Shown here: positions 56,212 through 64,000 of the stretch, one piece after another
How the letters are laid out: every line of letters begins with the position of its first letter
Position numbering within the stretch: position 1 is the first letter of the stretch
Source of the DNA: Gemmatimonadales bacterium
Lineage (GTDB): Bacteria; Gemmatimonadota; Gemmatimonadetes; Gemmatimonadales; GWC2-71-9
Assembly (NCBI GenBank): GCA_033853695.1
Contig: JAWOLH010000014.1
Coordinates: 68,795-132,794 of the forward strand
DNA: 64,000 bases
Reading direction: 5' to 3'
Position numbers and translations under genes: made by a program
The notes under the pieces: generated by a model
Seen by the model: only the letters and a program-made list of their open reading frames with translations
Told to the model about the DNA's origin: nothing
Databases searched by the model: none

Positions 56212-59181
56212 ATGACCGATCGCCGCAGCTTTCTGGGCCGTCTCGCCGGCGCCTTCGCATCGCTCGACCGGAGCGTCGCGTGGCGCGCGGGCGGCGCGGC
56301 GCCCAAACCCGTCATCGAGGCACGTCCCAGCGCGCTCTACCAACAACCCGACGGCCGTCAGAATCTGGTGCGCGTCAGCGTTACGGGGCTCGCCGCCCCG
56401 GCGGCGCGAGCCCGTGTGACCGACCGCCACGGTACGCTCGTCGGCACCGCGGGCCTGCTGCCCGCGCCCGACGGCACGACCCTCCATGGCGAAGTCTGGG
56501 TACCGCTTTCCAGCCCGGCGGACTTCCAGATCGATGTGGAGGTCGGCAAGGAGGGCGTCGGCCGCCGTCGTGTCCGGCTGGTGCCCCCGAAACGGTGGAC
56601 GCTGTACTGGCTGGCCTGCAATCACACCGACGTGGGCTATACCGACCTCCAGGAACGCTGCCTCGAAATCCATCGCCAGAACCTCGACGCCGCGCTCGCG
56701 CGGCTCCCGACCCACCCCGACTTCCGCTGGACGGCGGAATGCGCCCTCCAGGTGATCTCGTACGTCGAAAACCGCGGCCGGGCCGACGCCGATGCACTGA
56801 TACAGGCGATCCGCGACGGTAAGATCGGCTTCCCGGGGTTGTTCGCGAACCTGCTCACCGGGCTGCTCGATCACGAGACTGCGGCCCGCGCCGCCTGGCC
56901 CGCCGGGCTGTTCTCGCGAGATCACGGCACCTCCTATATCACCGCCCAGATCACCGACGTCCCGGGACAACCGCTCACCTTCCCCACGCTCCTCGCGGCG
57001 AGCGGCGTGCGATATCTGGCGAGCGGCCCGAACCCGGAACGGGCGTTGCCGCTGCTTCCGGGGGATGAGGCGGCAGCTCACGGATTGACGGGGGATTGGA
57101 CGGCGTACCCTCAGCTCTACTGGTGGGAGGGACCCGACGGGAGCCGAGTGCTGCACTGGCGGAACTATCACTACGGCGACGGGCTGCGCTTCGGGTTCGA
57201 CCGCGGGCCCGACGAAATGGGGCGCCGCTTGTCCGACTGGCTGCTCTCGAACCCCGCGTTTCTCTCACCCACCTGGCCGTACGACATCGCGCTGCTCTAT
57301 GGCGCCCAATGGGACAACGCTCCGGTCGACGAAGCGATGGTGACGAATGTCGAGAGCTACAACCGGCGTTTCGCGTTTCCCCGGATCGTCACCGGTCGCG
57401 CGGAGGACTTCTTCAGAGAGCTCGAGCGCAAATACAGCCTGCAGATCCCCGTGCGGCGCGGGGATACGGGCGTGTACTGGGAAGATGGCGCGGCCTCGAC
57501 CGCCGCCGAGCTCGCGCGGTTTCGCGGCGCCCAGCTCACGGCGCGCGCTGCGGAGATCGCCGCGCTGTGGGACGACCGGGTCGAGCCGGCGGACGACGCC
57601 CGCGCCGACCGGATTACGGCCCGCGCGGAAGCGCGGCGCCAGATGTGGCGCGATCTCCTCCTCTTTGGCGAGCACACGTGGGGAGCGGCCGAGAGCGTGT
57701 CCGAGCCGGACTCCCGCGAGACGGTCGAGCAGTGGGCATACAAGCGGCGCTTCATCGAGGGCGCCGCCGCTGCGGCGGAAGCCGAATTGAGCGCCGCGCT
57801 CATCCGCATCGGTCGCGCCACCGCCACGGGATCCGGCCGTGTCGTTTTCAACGGTGCCAACTGGCCCCGCTCCGAGGTGGTGCGCATTCCCGGTGGAGCG
57901 GGAGCGGCGCTGTCGTATGCCGACCAGACTCTTCCGGGAGTCGATCTTCCAGGGGGAGATGCCCTCGTCCTCGTTCGGGACGTTCCCGCCCTCGGCTACC
58001 TCGCCCTGGCAGCGAGGCCGCGCCCGCCGGTCCCGGCCGTCGACGAGGGCGATGCCCTCGAGGCGTCGGCAGGCGGATTCCGTGTGCGGCTCGATCCCGC
58101 GACCGGGGCGATCGCGTCGTTCGTGGGATCCGACGCCCGCGAGCGGGCGAAGACCTCGAGCTGGTCCGGACTCAACCAGCTGCTGCACGTCACCGGCGGG
58201 GAGCGGAGTGCCCTCTGGACCAGCGCGGATCGCGACACGTTGCGCGCGGCTCCCAGCCTCGATGTCGCCGGCGCCACGCGATCGGCCTCGCGCCGCACCC
58301 GTCTCCCGGGCATCGGAGTGCGACTCGAGATCACGCGGTCGCTGCGCGGCTGCTCGAGCGTCATGTCGACGGTGACACTGTACGACGAGCTGCCGTGGGT
58401 GGACATCGAGAACCGAATCACGAAGCTCGCGAGTCTCGACAAGGAGGCGGTCTACGCGGCGTTTCCGTTCGCGTTCGCGCAGCCCACGGTGGAGGTCGAG
58501 GTGCCGCTCGGGCGCATGACGGTGGATCGCGACCAGCAGCCGGGGAGCTGCCGCGACTGGTACTGCCACTCGCATTGGGTGTGGCTGCACGAGGGAACGG
58601 ATGGCGTGCTCTGGAGTGCCCCCGACGCCCCACTCCTCACGTTGAACGATCTGGTCCGTGGTGCCTGGCGCCGCAGCCTCGTCCCCGACGGGACGTTGTT
58701 CTCGTATGTGATGAACAATTACTGGCACACCAACTACGCCGCCCGTCAATCGGGCCAGGTGGTCTTCAGATACCGGCTGTCACTCCTCCCGCCCGGCGAT
58801 CCGGCCCAGGCGGTGCGGCGCGGATGGGGGGCATGCGACCCGCTGTACGTGAGCCCTCCGTACACCAATGCAACACCGGGACCGCTGATCGCGAAGGACG
58901 GCGCGCTGTCGATCCCCGATCGCGGCGTCCTCGTGGTCGGCGCCAAGCGCGCCGACGACGGCGACGGCGCGATCATCAAGCTGCTCGACATCAGCGGGAC
59001 GGCACGCAGCGTGGGCGTCTGGCCGGCCGCCTGCGTGTTTCAGCGCGCCCGGCGCACCAACCTGGTGGAGATGAACGGCGACGCCCTCCCGGTGGGCGGC
59101 GATCGCTCGGCGAGTCTCGATCTCAAGGCGTGGGGCATCGCGGCGGCGCGGCTCTTTACACCGCGAGAGAGCGCGGGTTAA
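56212..59181 (+). CDS. Tat-signal glycoside hydrolase, GH38 (alpha-mannosidase)-like
   Basis: 989 aa. Twin-arginine signal 'MTDRRSFLGRLAGAFASL'. 'LYWLACNHTDVGYTD' resembles the GH38 N-terminal metal-binding motif. Family call is tentative. Confidence 0.5.
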   Translation: MTDRRSFLGRLAGAFASLDRSVAWRAGGAAPKPVIEARPSALYQQPDGRQNLVRVSVTGLAAPAARARVTDRHGTLVGTAGLLPAPDGTTLHGEVWVPLSSPADFQIDVEVGKEGVGRRRVRLVPPKRWTLYWLACNHTDVGYTDLQERCLEIHRQNLDAALARLPTHPDFRWTAECALQVISYVENRGRADADALIQAIRDGKIGFPGLFANLLTGLLDHETAARAAWPAGLFSRDHGTSYITAQITDVPGQPLTFPTLLAASGVRYLASGPNPERALPLLPGDEAAAHGLTGDWTAYPQLYWWEGPDGSRVLHWRNYHYGDGLRFGFDRGPDEMGRRLSDWLLSNPAFLSPTWPYDIALLYGAQWDNAPVDEAMVTNVESYNRRFAFPRIVTGRAEDFFRELERKYSLQIPVRRGDTGVYWEDGAASTAAELARFRGAQLTARAAEIAALWDDRVEPADDARADRITARAEARRQMWRDLLLFGEHTWGAAESVSEPDSRETVEQWAYKRRFIEGAAAAAEAELSAALIRIGRATATGSGRVVFNGANWPRSEVVRIPGGAGAALSYADQTLPGVDLPGGDALVLVRDVPALGYLALAARPRPPVPAVDEGDALEASAGGFRVRLDPATGAIASFVGSDARERAKTSSWSGLNQLLHVTGGERSALWTSADRDTLRAAPSLDVAGATRSASRRTRLPGIGVRLEITRSLRGCSSVMSTVTLYDELPWVDIENRITKLASLDKEAVYAAFPFAFAQPTVEVEVPLGRMTVDRDQQPGSCRDWYCHSHWVWLHEGTDGVLWSAPDAPLLTLNDLVRGAWRRSLVPDGTLFSYVMNNYWHTNYAARQSGQVVFRYRLSLLPPGDPAQAVRRGWGACDPLYVSPPYTNATPGPLIAKDGALSIPDRGVLVVGAKRADDGDGAIIKLLDISGTARSVGVWPAACVFQRARRTNLVEMNGDALPVGGDRSASLDLKAWGIAAARLFTPRESAG

Positions 59182-59190
59182 CGTCCGGCC

Positions 59191-60684
59191 ATGAGCACCG
59201 CCAAACCATCGACGCTGGGCGAGCTGCAGCAGACCGAATGGGCCGCGCCCAGCCGCATCGCGCGCACCGTCAAGGACGAGCTGCGCGAAAACCTGATCTG
59301 CCTCCTCGAGAACGGCAGCCCGCTCTTCCCGGGGATCGTCGGCTACGAAGAGACCGTCGTTCCCCAGCTGGTGAACGCGATCCTGTCGCGCCACAACTTC
59401 ATTCTGCTGGGGCTGCGCGGCCAGGCGAAGAGCCGCATCGTGCGCCAGCTGGTGAGCTTGCTCGACGAGGAGATCCCGATCCTCGCGGGGAGCGAAGTCA
59501 ACGACAACCCGTTCGAGCCGATCTCCAAGTACGGCCGGGAGCTGGTGAACGAGCGGGGCGATCGCGCGCCGGTCGCCTGGCTGCCGCGTGAGGCCCGCTT
59601 CGTCGAGAAGCTCGCGACCCCCGACGTCACGATCGCCGACATCATCGGCGACGTCGATCCGATCAAGGCGGCGCGCGGGGGGCACCTGCTGTCCGACGAA
59701 CTGACCATGCACTACGGGCTCCTGCCTCGCGCCAACCGCGGCATCTTCGCCATCAACGAGCTCCCCGATCTCGCGGGAAAGATCCAGGTGGGGCTGTTCA
59801 ACATCATGCAGGAAGGCGACGTGCAGCTGAAGGGATACCCGGTTCGGCTCAACCTGGACGTCGCGCTGGTGTTCACCGCGAACCCCGAAGACTACACGGC
59901 ACGCGGCAAGATCATCACGCCGCTGAAAGATCGCATCGGCTCGGAGATCGCCACCCACTACCCGCACAGCGTCGAGCTCGGGACCGCGATCACACGGCAG
60001 GAAGCGTGGATCGAGCGCGACGCGCGCCCGATCCGCGTCCCCGATTTCATCGCGGAGCTGGTCGAGCGGATCGCGTTCGAGGCGCGGACCGACAAGCGCG
60101 TCGACAAGAAGAGCGGTGTGTCGCAGCGCCTGCCGATCAGCACCCTCGAGAACGTCGTGTCGAGCGCGGAGCGGCGCGTGATCCTCACGAAGGAAAAGAC
60201 CGTCGTGCCCCGCGTGTCCGACGTCTACGCCGCGCTGCCCGCGATCACCGGCAAGCTCGAGCTCGAGTACGAAGGCGAGCTGCAGGGCGCCGACACCGTC
60301 GCCAAGGATCTCATCAAGCGCGCGGCAGGCGAGACGTTCGAGGCGCGGGTCGGCGGCGCCAACGTGGACGACATCGTCCACTGGTTCGACGAGGGCGGCG
60401 CCCTGAAGATCTCGGCCGACGAGCGGTCCGAAACGCTGCTCAAGGGATTCAGCGTCGTGCCCGGATTGCTCGACCTGGTCGACCGCGTGGGGCTGGCGGG
60501 CAAGAAGGACCCGGCGCACATGGTGGCCGCCTGCGAGCTGGTGCTCGAGGGGCTGGTCTCGGCGCGCCGCATTTCACGCTCCGAGGAGCTGGGATACACA
60601 CGGGTTCGCCCCGAGCCGAAGAATCCGGGATACGGGAAGCCGGGAGCTGGCGGATCGGGGCCGGGGCCGAATCTGTTCACGTAA
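59191..60684 (+). CDS. AAA+ ATPase, Mg-chelatase ChlI/BchI-like family
   Basis: 497 aa. 'GIVGYEETVVPQLVNAILSRHNFILLGLRGQAKS' (P-loop region), 'RGIFAINELPDL' (Walker B), 'VALVFTANPEDY', 'SQRL' sensor-like. C-terminal Gly/Pro-rich tail. Confidence 0.65.
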   Translation: MSTAKPSTLGELQQTEWAAPSRIARTVKDELRENLICLLENGSPLFPGIVGYEETVVPQLVNAILSRHNFILLGLRGQAKSRIVRQLVSLLDEEIPILAGSEVNDNPFEPISKYGRELVNERGDRAPVAWLPREARFVEKLATPDVTIADIIGDVDPIKAARGGHLLSDELTMHYGLLPRANRGIFAINELPDLAGKIQVGLFNIMQEGDVQLKGYPVRLNLDVALVFTANPEDYTARGKIITPLKDRIGSEIATHYPHSVELGTAITRQEAWIERDARPIRVPDFIAELVERIAFEARTDKRVDKKSGVSQRLPISTLENVVSSAERRVILTKEKTVVPRVSDVYAALPAITGKLELEYEGELQGADTVAKDLIKRAAGETFEARVGGANVDDIVHWFDEGGALKISADERSETLLKGFSVVPGLLDLVDRVGLAGKKDPAHMVAACELVLEGLVSARRISRSEELGYTRVRPEPKNPGYGKPGAGGSGPGPNLFT

Positions 60685-60702
60685 TTGCGAGCGGCGCCAA
60701 TG

Positions 60703-60759
60703 GGCTTTCGGCAGTCGGCATTCGGCCCGGCCGACAGCCGATGGCTGAAGGCCGAAAGC
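60703..60759 (+). other. Nested GC-rich hairpins in the 92-nt spacer (possible terminator or structured RNA)
   Basis: Outer 9-bp stem GCTTTCGGC (60704-12) / GCCGAAAGC (60751-59). Inner stems GTCGGC (60714-19) / GCCGAC (60730-35) and AGCC (60736-39) / GGCT (60743-46). Followed by GTTCTATTT. Confidence 0.35.
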
Positions 60760-60776
60760 GCCGTTCTATTTGGGTC

Positions 60777-61415
60777 ATGGCTCCCCCCCTCATCACCATC
60801 ACCCGCCAATACGCCTCCGGCGGCTCCGACATCGCCCAGCTCGTCGCCGCACGGCTGGGCTGGACGGTGATCGACAACGAGTTCGTGGACGAAGTGGCGC
60901 GGCGCGCGGGGCTGCCGCGGGCGGCGGTGGCGCAGCGGGAGGAGCGGGCGCCGGGGCTGCTCGAGCGGCTGGCGCGGACCCTCGCCGCAGCCTCGCCCGA
61001 GCTGTCCATCACGGAGGCGGCGGTGTCAGACGCCGAGCGCGACGAGGCCGCAATCCACAAGATGACCGAGCGCATCATTCTCGAGGCGGCGAGCGAAGGC
61101 CGGGCGGTCGTGGTGGGACGCGGAGCGCAGGCGCTGCTCGCCAAGCGCCCCGACGCCCTCCACGTCTACGTCGTCGCCTCGAAGTCGTGGCGTATGCAAC
61201 TCGCGGTCGAGAAGCTCGGCGTCGATCCTGCGACCGTCGAGAAGGTGGTCGACGAGACCGACCGACGTCGCGATCAATATGTGAAGACATATTCCGGGCG
61301 AGTACGCCGCGACGTGGAGAATTACGATCTCGTGGTCAATGCCGAGCGGTTGGGAATCGAGGGTGCGGCGGCGGCGATCGTGGCGGAAGCGAAACGGCGG
61401 GGGTGGAGCTCATGA
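60777..61415 (+). CDS. Cytidylate kinase-like family protein (P-loop NMP-kinase fold)
   Basis: ATG 60777. 'ITITRQYASGGSDIAQLVAARLGW', 'VVVGRGAQ'. 212 aa. The upstream part of the tracked ORF is in an alternate frame of the AAA+ gene. Confidence 0.6.
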   Translation: MAPPLITITRQYASGGSDIAQLVAARLGWTVIDNEFVDEVARRAGLPRAAVAQREERAPGLLERLARTLAAASPELSITEAAVSDAERDEAAIHKMTERIILEAASEGRAVVVGRGAQALLAKRPDALHVYVVASKSWRMQLAVEKLGVDPATVEKVVDETDRRRDQYVKTYSGRVRRDVENYDLVVNAERLGIEGAAAAIVAEAKRRGWSS

Positions 61416-62287
61416 TCACGACGCTGCTCCTGGCGGCAATCCAGGCTGCCGGTCAGACGCAGGGACCGCCGGGCACCGATATCTGGATCGCGGACCTCAA
61501 GATCCGTGGCGGACGTGTCACACTCGGTGCACCGATGAACGTCACGTCCCGCCCGGGCTACGACAATCAACCGGCGTTTCTTCCTGACGGCTCGGGATTC
61601 CTGTACACGCGGATCGGCGCGGATGGGCAGGCCGATGTGTGGCGCTACGACCTCGCCACGCGAGCCGCTCACGCCGTCACCACGACGCCGGAGAGCGAAT
61701 ACTCGCCGACGCTCGCACCCGGATCGGGTGGGATTTCGGTCGTGCGGGTCGAGCTGGATTCGACGCAGCGGCTGTGGCGATTGGGCGCCGACGGGACGCA
61801 CCCGAGCCTGCTGTTCGAGAACATCAAACCGGTCGGCTATCACGCCTGGGCTGGAGACAGCGCGCTCGCCCTGTACGTTCTCGGCAACCCCAACGCGCTC
61901 GTGCTCGCGCGGCTCGGCGCCAGCCGCGCCGACACGCTGGCACGAAACATCGGACGATCGCTGCAAACCGTCCCCGGCCGCCGTGCCGTGAGCTTCGTAC
62001 AGGTCGTCGACTCAACCGAGTCGTGGCTCATGGAGTTGAACGCCGACAGCGGCACGGTGCGCCGCCTGGTGCGGCTGCCGCGCGGCGCCGAGTTCCATGC
62101 GTGGACCGTTGGCGACCTGGTGCTGGTCAGTGATGGAACGACGTTGTATCAGTGGGATGCGCGCGGAGCGGGACCGTGGGTTCCCGTCGCCGACCTGGCC
62201 GCCCTCGGACTGAGAGGCGTAACGCGGCTAGCGGTGAGCCCCGCGGGCGACCGGCTGGCGCTGGTCGCCCGCGATCCGGCTCCGTAG
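61412..62287 (+). CDS. Periplasmic beta-propeller protein (TolB/WD40-like repeats)
   Basis: ATGA overlap. Signal 'MITTLLLAAIQAAGQ'. 'SRPGYDNQPAFLPDGSGFLYT', 'ESEYSPTLAPG', 'LAVSPAGDRLALV'. Confidence 0.5.
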   Translation: MITTLLLAAIQAAGQTQGPPGTDIWIADLKIRGGRVTLGAPMNVTSRPGYDNQPAFLPDGSGFLYTRIGADGQADVWRYDLATRAAHAVTTTPESEYSPTLAPGSGGISVVRVELDSTQRLWRLGADGTHPSLLFENIKPVGYHAWAGDSALALYVLGNPNALVLARLGASRADTLARNIGRSLQTVPGRRAVSFVQVVDSTESWLMELNADSGTVRRLVRLPRGAEFHAWTVGDLVLVSDGTTLYQWDARGAGPWVPVADLAALGLRGVTRLAVSPAGDRLALVARDPAP

Positions 62288-62290
62288 GGG

Positions 62291-63238
62291 CTATTTCGCC
62301 GGCGTCAGCACGATGTTCCGGAACTCCACCGGGCCTTCCGAGCCCTGCAGCATCAGCGGCCCCGGCGTCCCTTCTTTGCTGTCGAGCGCTCCACCGGTAG
62401 GACCCGCAATTTCCCGATTGCAGATCACCGTCTTCCCGTTCGCCACGACGGTCACCATCCGCCCCACGAACGTGATGTCGTAGGCCTGCCAGGTATCGGG
62501 CGGGCGCGCCGTGATCTCCGTCGGCGCCAGCAATCCGTAGACGCCGCTGAAGCGATCGTCCGCCGGATCGAGGCCATAGTCGTCCTGGATCTGCACCTCG
62601 TAGCGCCCCCGCAGGTAGACGCCGCTGTTGCTCCCCTTCGGGTAGCGGAATTCGATATGCAGCTTGAAGTCCCCGAACGTGCGCTCCGTCATCACGTCCA
62701 TGCCGCGGCGCTGGTTCTGCAGGATGCCGTTCTTCACCAACCAGTGGTTGGTGTCGTTCGCCCCGCCCCCGACGGCCTTCCACCCGCCGAAGTCGTTGAG
62801 GTGCAGCAACCGGATCGGCGCTCCCCAGACCGGCGGCTTGTCGCGGTGCAGCGAGGGCGCACGGACGGCGCTCCAGTCATAACTCTTCCCGTCGGGGAAG
62901 GTCATGCTCCCCACCAACCGCTCGCCATCGAGGTGACCCTGAACGGCGAGCTCCCCCGTCCCGGGCTCCCACTGCGCGGGAATGGAAAAGCGCAACGAGT
63001 CCCCATCCGCGTCAACGCGCCCGATCGGGCGCGCGCTACCCGTGACGCCCGTCATTCGCCCGACGAGGGCCGCGTTCCCCGACGACCAGATCTCGAGCCA
63101 CGATGGGCGCTCGCCGCCCGGGGTCTGAATCGTGATGTCCCACCGCCCCTGCAGCTTGGGCGACGGCGCAGCGGCGCGGCCGCCGGAGGACGAAGCGGTG
63201 AGTGCGAGCGCGAGCAGCACTGCCGGGTAACGCCACAT
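62291..63238 (-). CDS. DUF1080 (3-keto-disaccharide hydrolase-like) domain protein, secreted
   Basis: ATG 63238 gives signal 'MWRYPAVLLALALTASS'. 'HWLVKNGIL', 'FGDFKLHIEFRYPKGSNSGVYLRGRYEVQIQD', 'GPLMLQGSEGPVEFRNI'. Confidence 0.65.
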   Translation of the reverse strand: MWRYPAVLLALALTASSSGGRAAAPSPKLQGRWDITIQTPGGERPSWLEIWSSGNAALVGRMTGVTGSARPIGRVDADGDSLRFSIPAQWEPGTGELAVQGHLDGERLVGSMTFPDGKSYDWSAVRAPSLHRDKPPVWGAPIRLLHLNDFGGWKAVGGGANDTNHWLVKNGILQNQRRGMDVMTERTFGDFKLHIEFRYPKGSNSGVYLRGRYEVQIQDDYGLDPADDRFSGVYGLLAPTEITARPPDTWQAYDITFVGRMVTVVANGKTVICNREIAGPTGGALDSKEGTPGPLMLQGSEGPVEFRNIVLTPAK

Positions 63239-63258
63239 GGTGTGAGCTCCGATGAAGG

Positions 63259-64000
63259 TTAGGATGCGCGCAACTCGGGGACACGCCACGCCGCGAACGC
63301 GACGGCCGCCGCGCACACGAGTCCACCGACCCCGACCGCCCATGGCGCCCCGAAGCGTTCCGCGAACGCGCCCGCCTGAAACGCGCCGAGCGGTGACAGC
63401 CCCACGAACACGAATGAATAGAACCCCATGACGCGTCCCCGCAAATGATCGGGGACGCTCGTCTGGATCATGGTATTGGTCAGCGCATTGTTCACGATCA
63501 TGGCGCACCCAGCGAGGGCCAGGATCCCCAGGGACAGGGCGAATGATCGCGACAGCGCGAACAGCCCGATCAAGACCCCGAAAGCGGTCCCACCCGTCAC
63601 CATCAGTCCGCCCCGGCTGGTCAACCGCCGGCTGTTGACCGCGATCGCGAGCGCGCCCAGCATCGCCCCGACACCGACTCCGGCCGTCAGGGCGCCGTAG
63701 CCAGCCGCCTGGACGTGCAGCACGTCACGGGCGATTACCGGCATCATCACGAGGAACGGAAACCCGAAGATGCTCAGCACCGAGGTGAGCAGCACCAGCG
63801 TACTCACGCGCCGTTCGTTCTTCAGGAAACCGAGGATCTCGCGAAAGCCACCCCACGCCGAGCCGCCCGAGGGTCGGGGCGCGAACGGCGGCAACCGCAT
63901 CGCGAGCAGCCCCCCGATGACCGCGATGTAGCTCAACCCGTTCAGGAGAAAGCACACGCCGACTCCCACGATCCCGATCAGCGCCCCCGCGATGGCCGGA
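63259..64000 (-). CDS. MFS transporter (partial; N-terminus beyond window end)
   Basis: Continuous hydrophobic multi-TM ORF to the window edge. 'LLNGLSYIAVIGGLLAM', 'GRVMGFYSFVFVGLSPLGAFQAG'. Confidence 0.6.
   Translation of the reverse strand, partial: PAIAGALIGIVGVGVCFLLNGLSYIAVIGGLLAMRLPPFAPRPSGGSAWGGFREILGFLKNERRVSTLVLLTSVLSIFGFPFLVMMPVIARDVLHVQAAGYGALTAGVGVGAMLGALAIAVNSRRLTSRGGLMVTGGTAFGVLIGLFALSRSFALSLGILALAGCAMIVNNALTNTMIQTSVPDHLRGRVMGFYSFVFVGLSPLGAFQAGAFAERFGAPWAVGVGGLVCAAAVAFAAWRVPELRAS

Overview
Very GC-rich, densely coding bacterial chromosomal segment. I call 62 protein genes and found no rRNA, tRNA, CRISPR array, transposase or integrase. All family calls rest on motifs read from the ORF translations; no search was run.

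Layout:
- 55-8708: envelope glycolipid genes (GT4, GT2-like, MsbA-like ABC exporter, PorX-like receiver-PglZ regulator, GT9 heptosyltransferase), then a DnaB C-terminal-only ATPase and a sugar dehydrogenase lipoprotein.
- 8823-23602: about 15 kb of co-directional plus-strand housekeeping genes (yebC-ruvC-ruvA-[Zn ribbon]-ruvB-queA-tgt-yajC-def-fmt-thiE-thiS-thiG-rsmB-[PASTA]-rpe-tlpA-like-ybbR-like-tsaD-lgt). Most junctions are overlapping ATGA/GTGA stop/start codons.
- 23587-40743: minus-strand blocks. These are a cytochrome c/FTR1 permease, a seven-gene overlapping peptidase/CYTH/HAD/acpS operon, and a TamA-TamB operon extended by a lipid kinase, a Fis-HTH pseudo-receiver and an 8-Cys mini-protein.
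- 40815-64000: peptide ABC components, PBP4, tyrA, aroB, a short sigma-70 behind an AT-rich leader, glcDEF-ygfZ, a repeat lipoprotein, a Tat-signal GH38-like enzyme, an orphan ChlI-like AAA+ ATPase and further periplasmic/membrane proteins.

Gene content (Omp85/TamB, LPS genes, PorX-like regulator, T9SS-like C-terminal domain, short sigma-70) suggests a diderm of the FCB/Gemmatimonadota type. That is inference only.

I see no clear novel defence or mobile system. The most interesting items:
- a kinase-less triple-PASTA protein at the PrkC locus position
- the extended TamAB-lipid kinase operon
- the peptidase/CYTH operon
- the N-terminally truncated DnaB-like ATPase
- a Met/His-rich DTSK-repeat lipoprotein
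- a 31-nt inverted repeat shared by two convergent gene ends

Many long ORFs in the six-frame track are antisense or alternate-frame artefacts of the GC content and were rejected.
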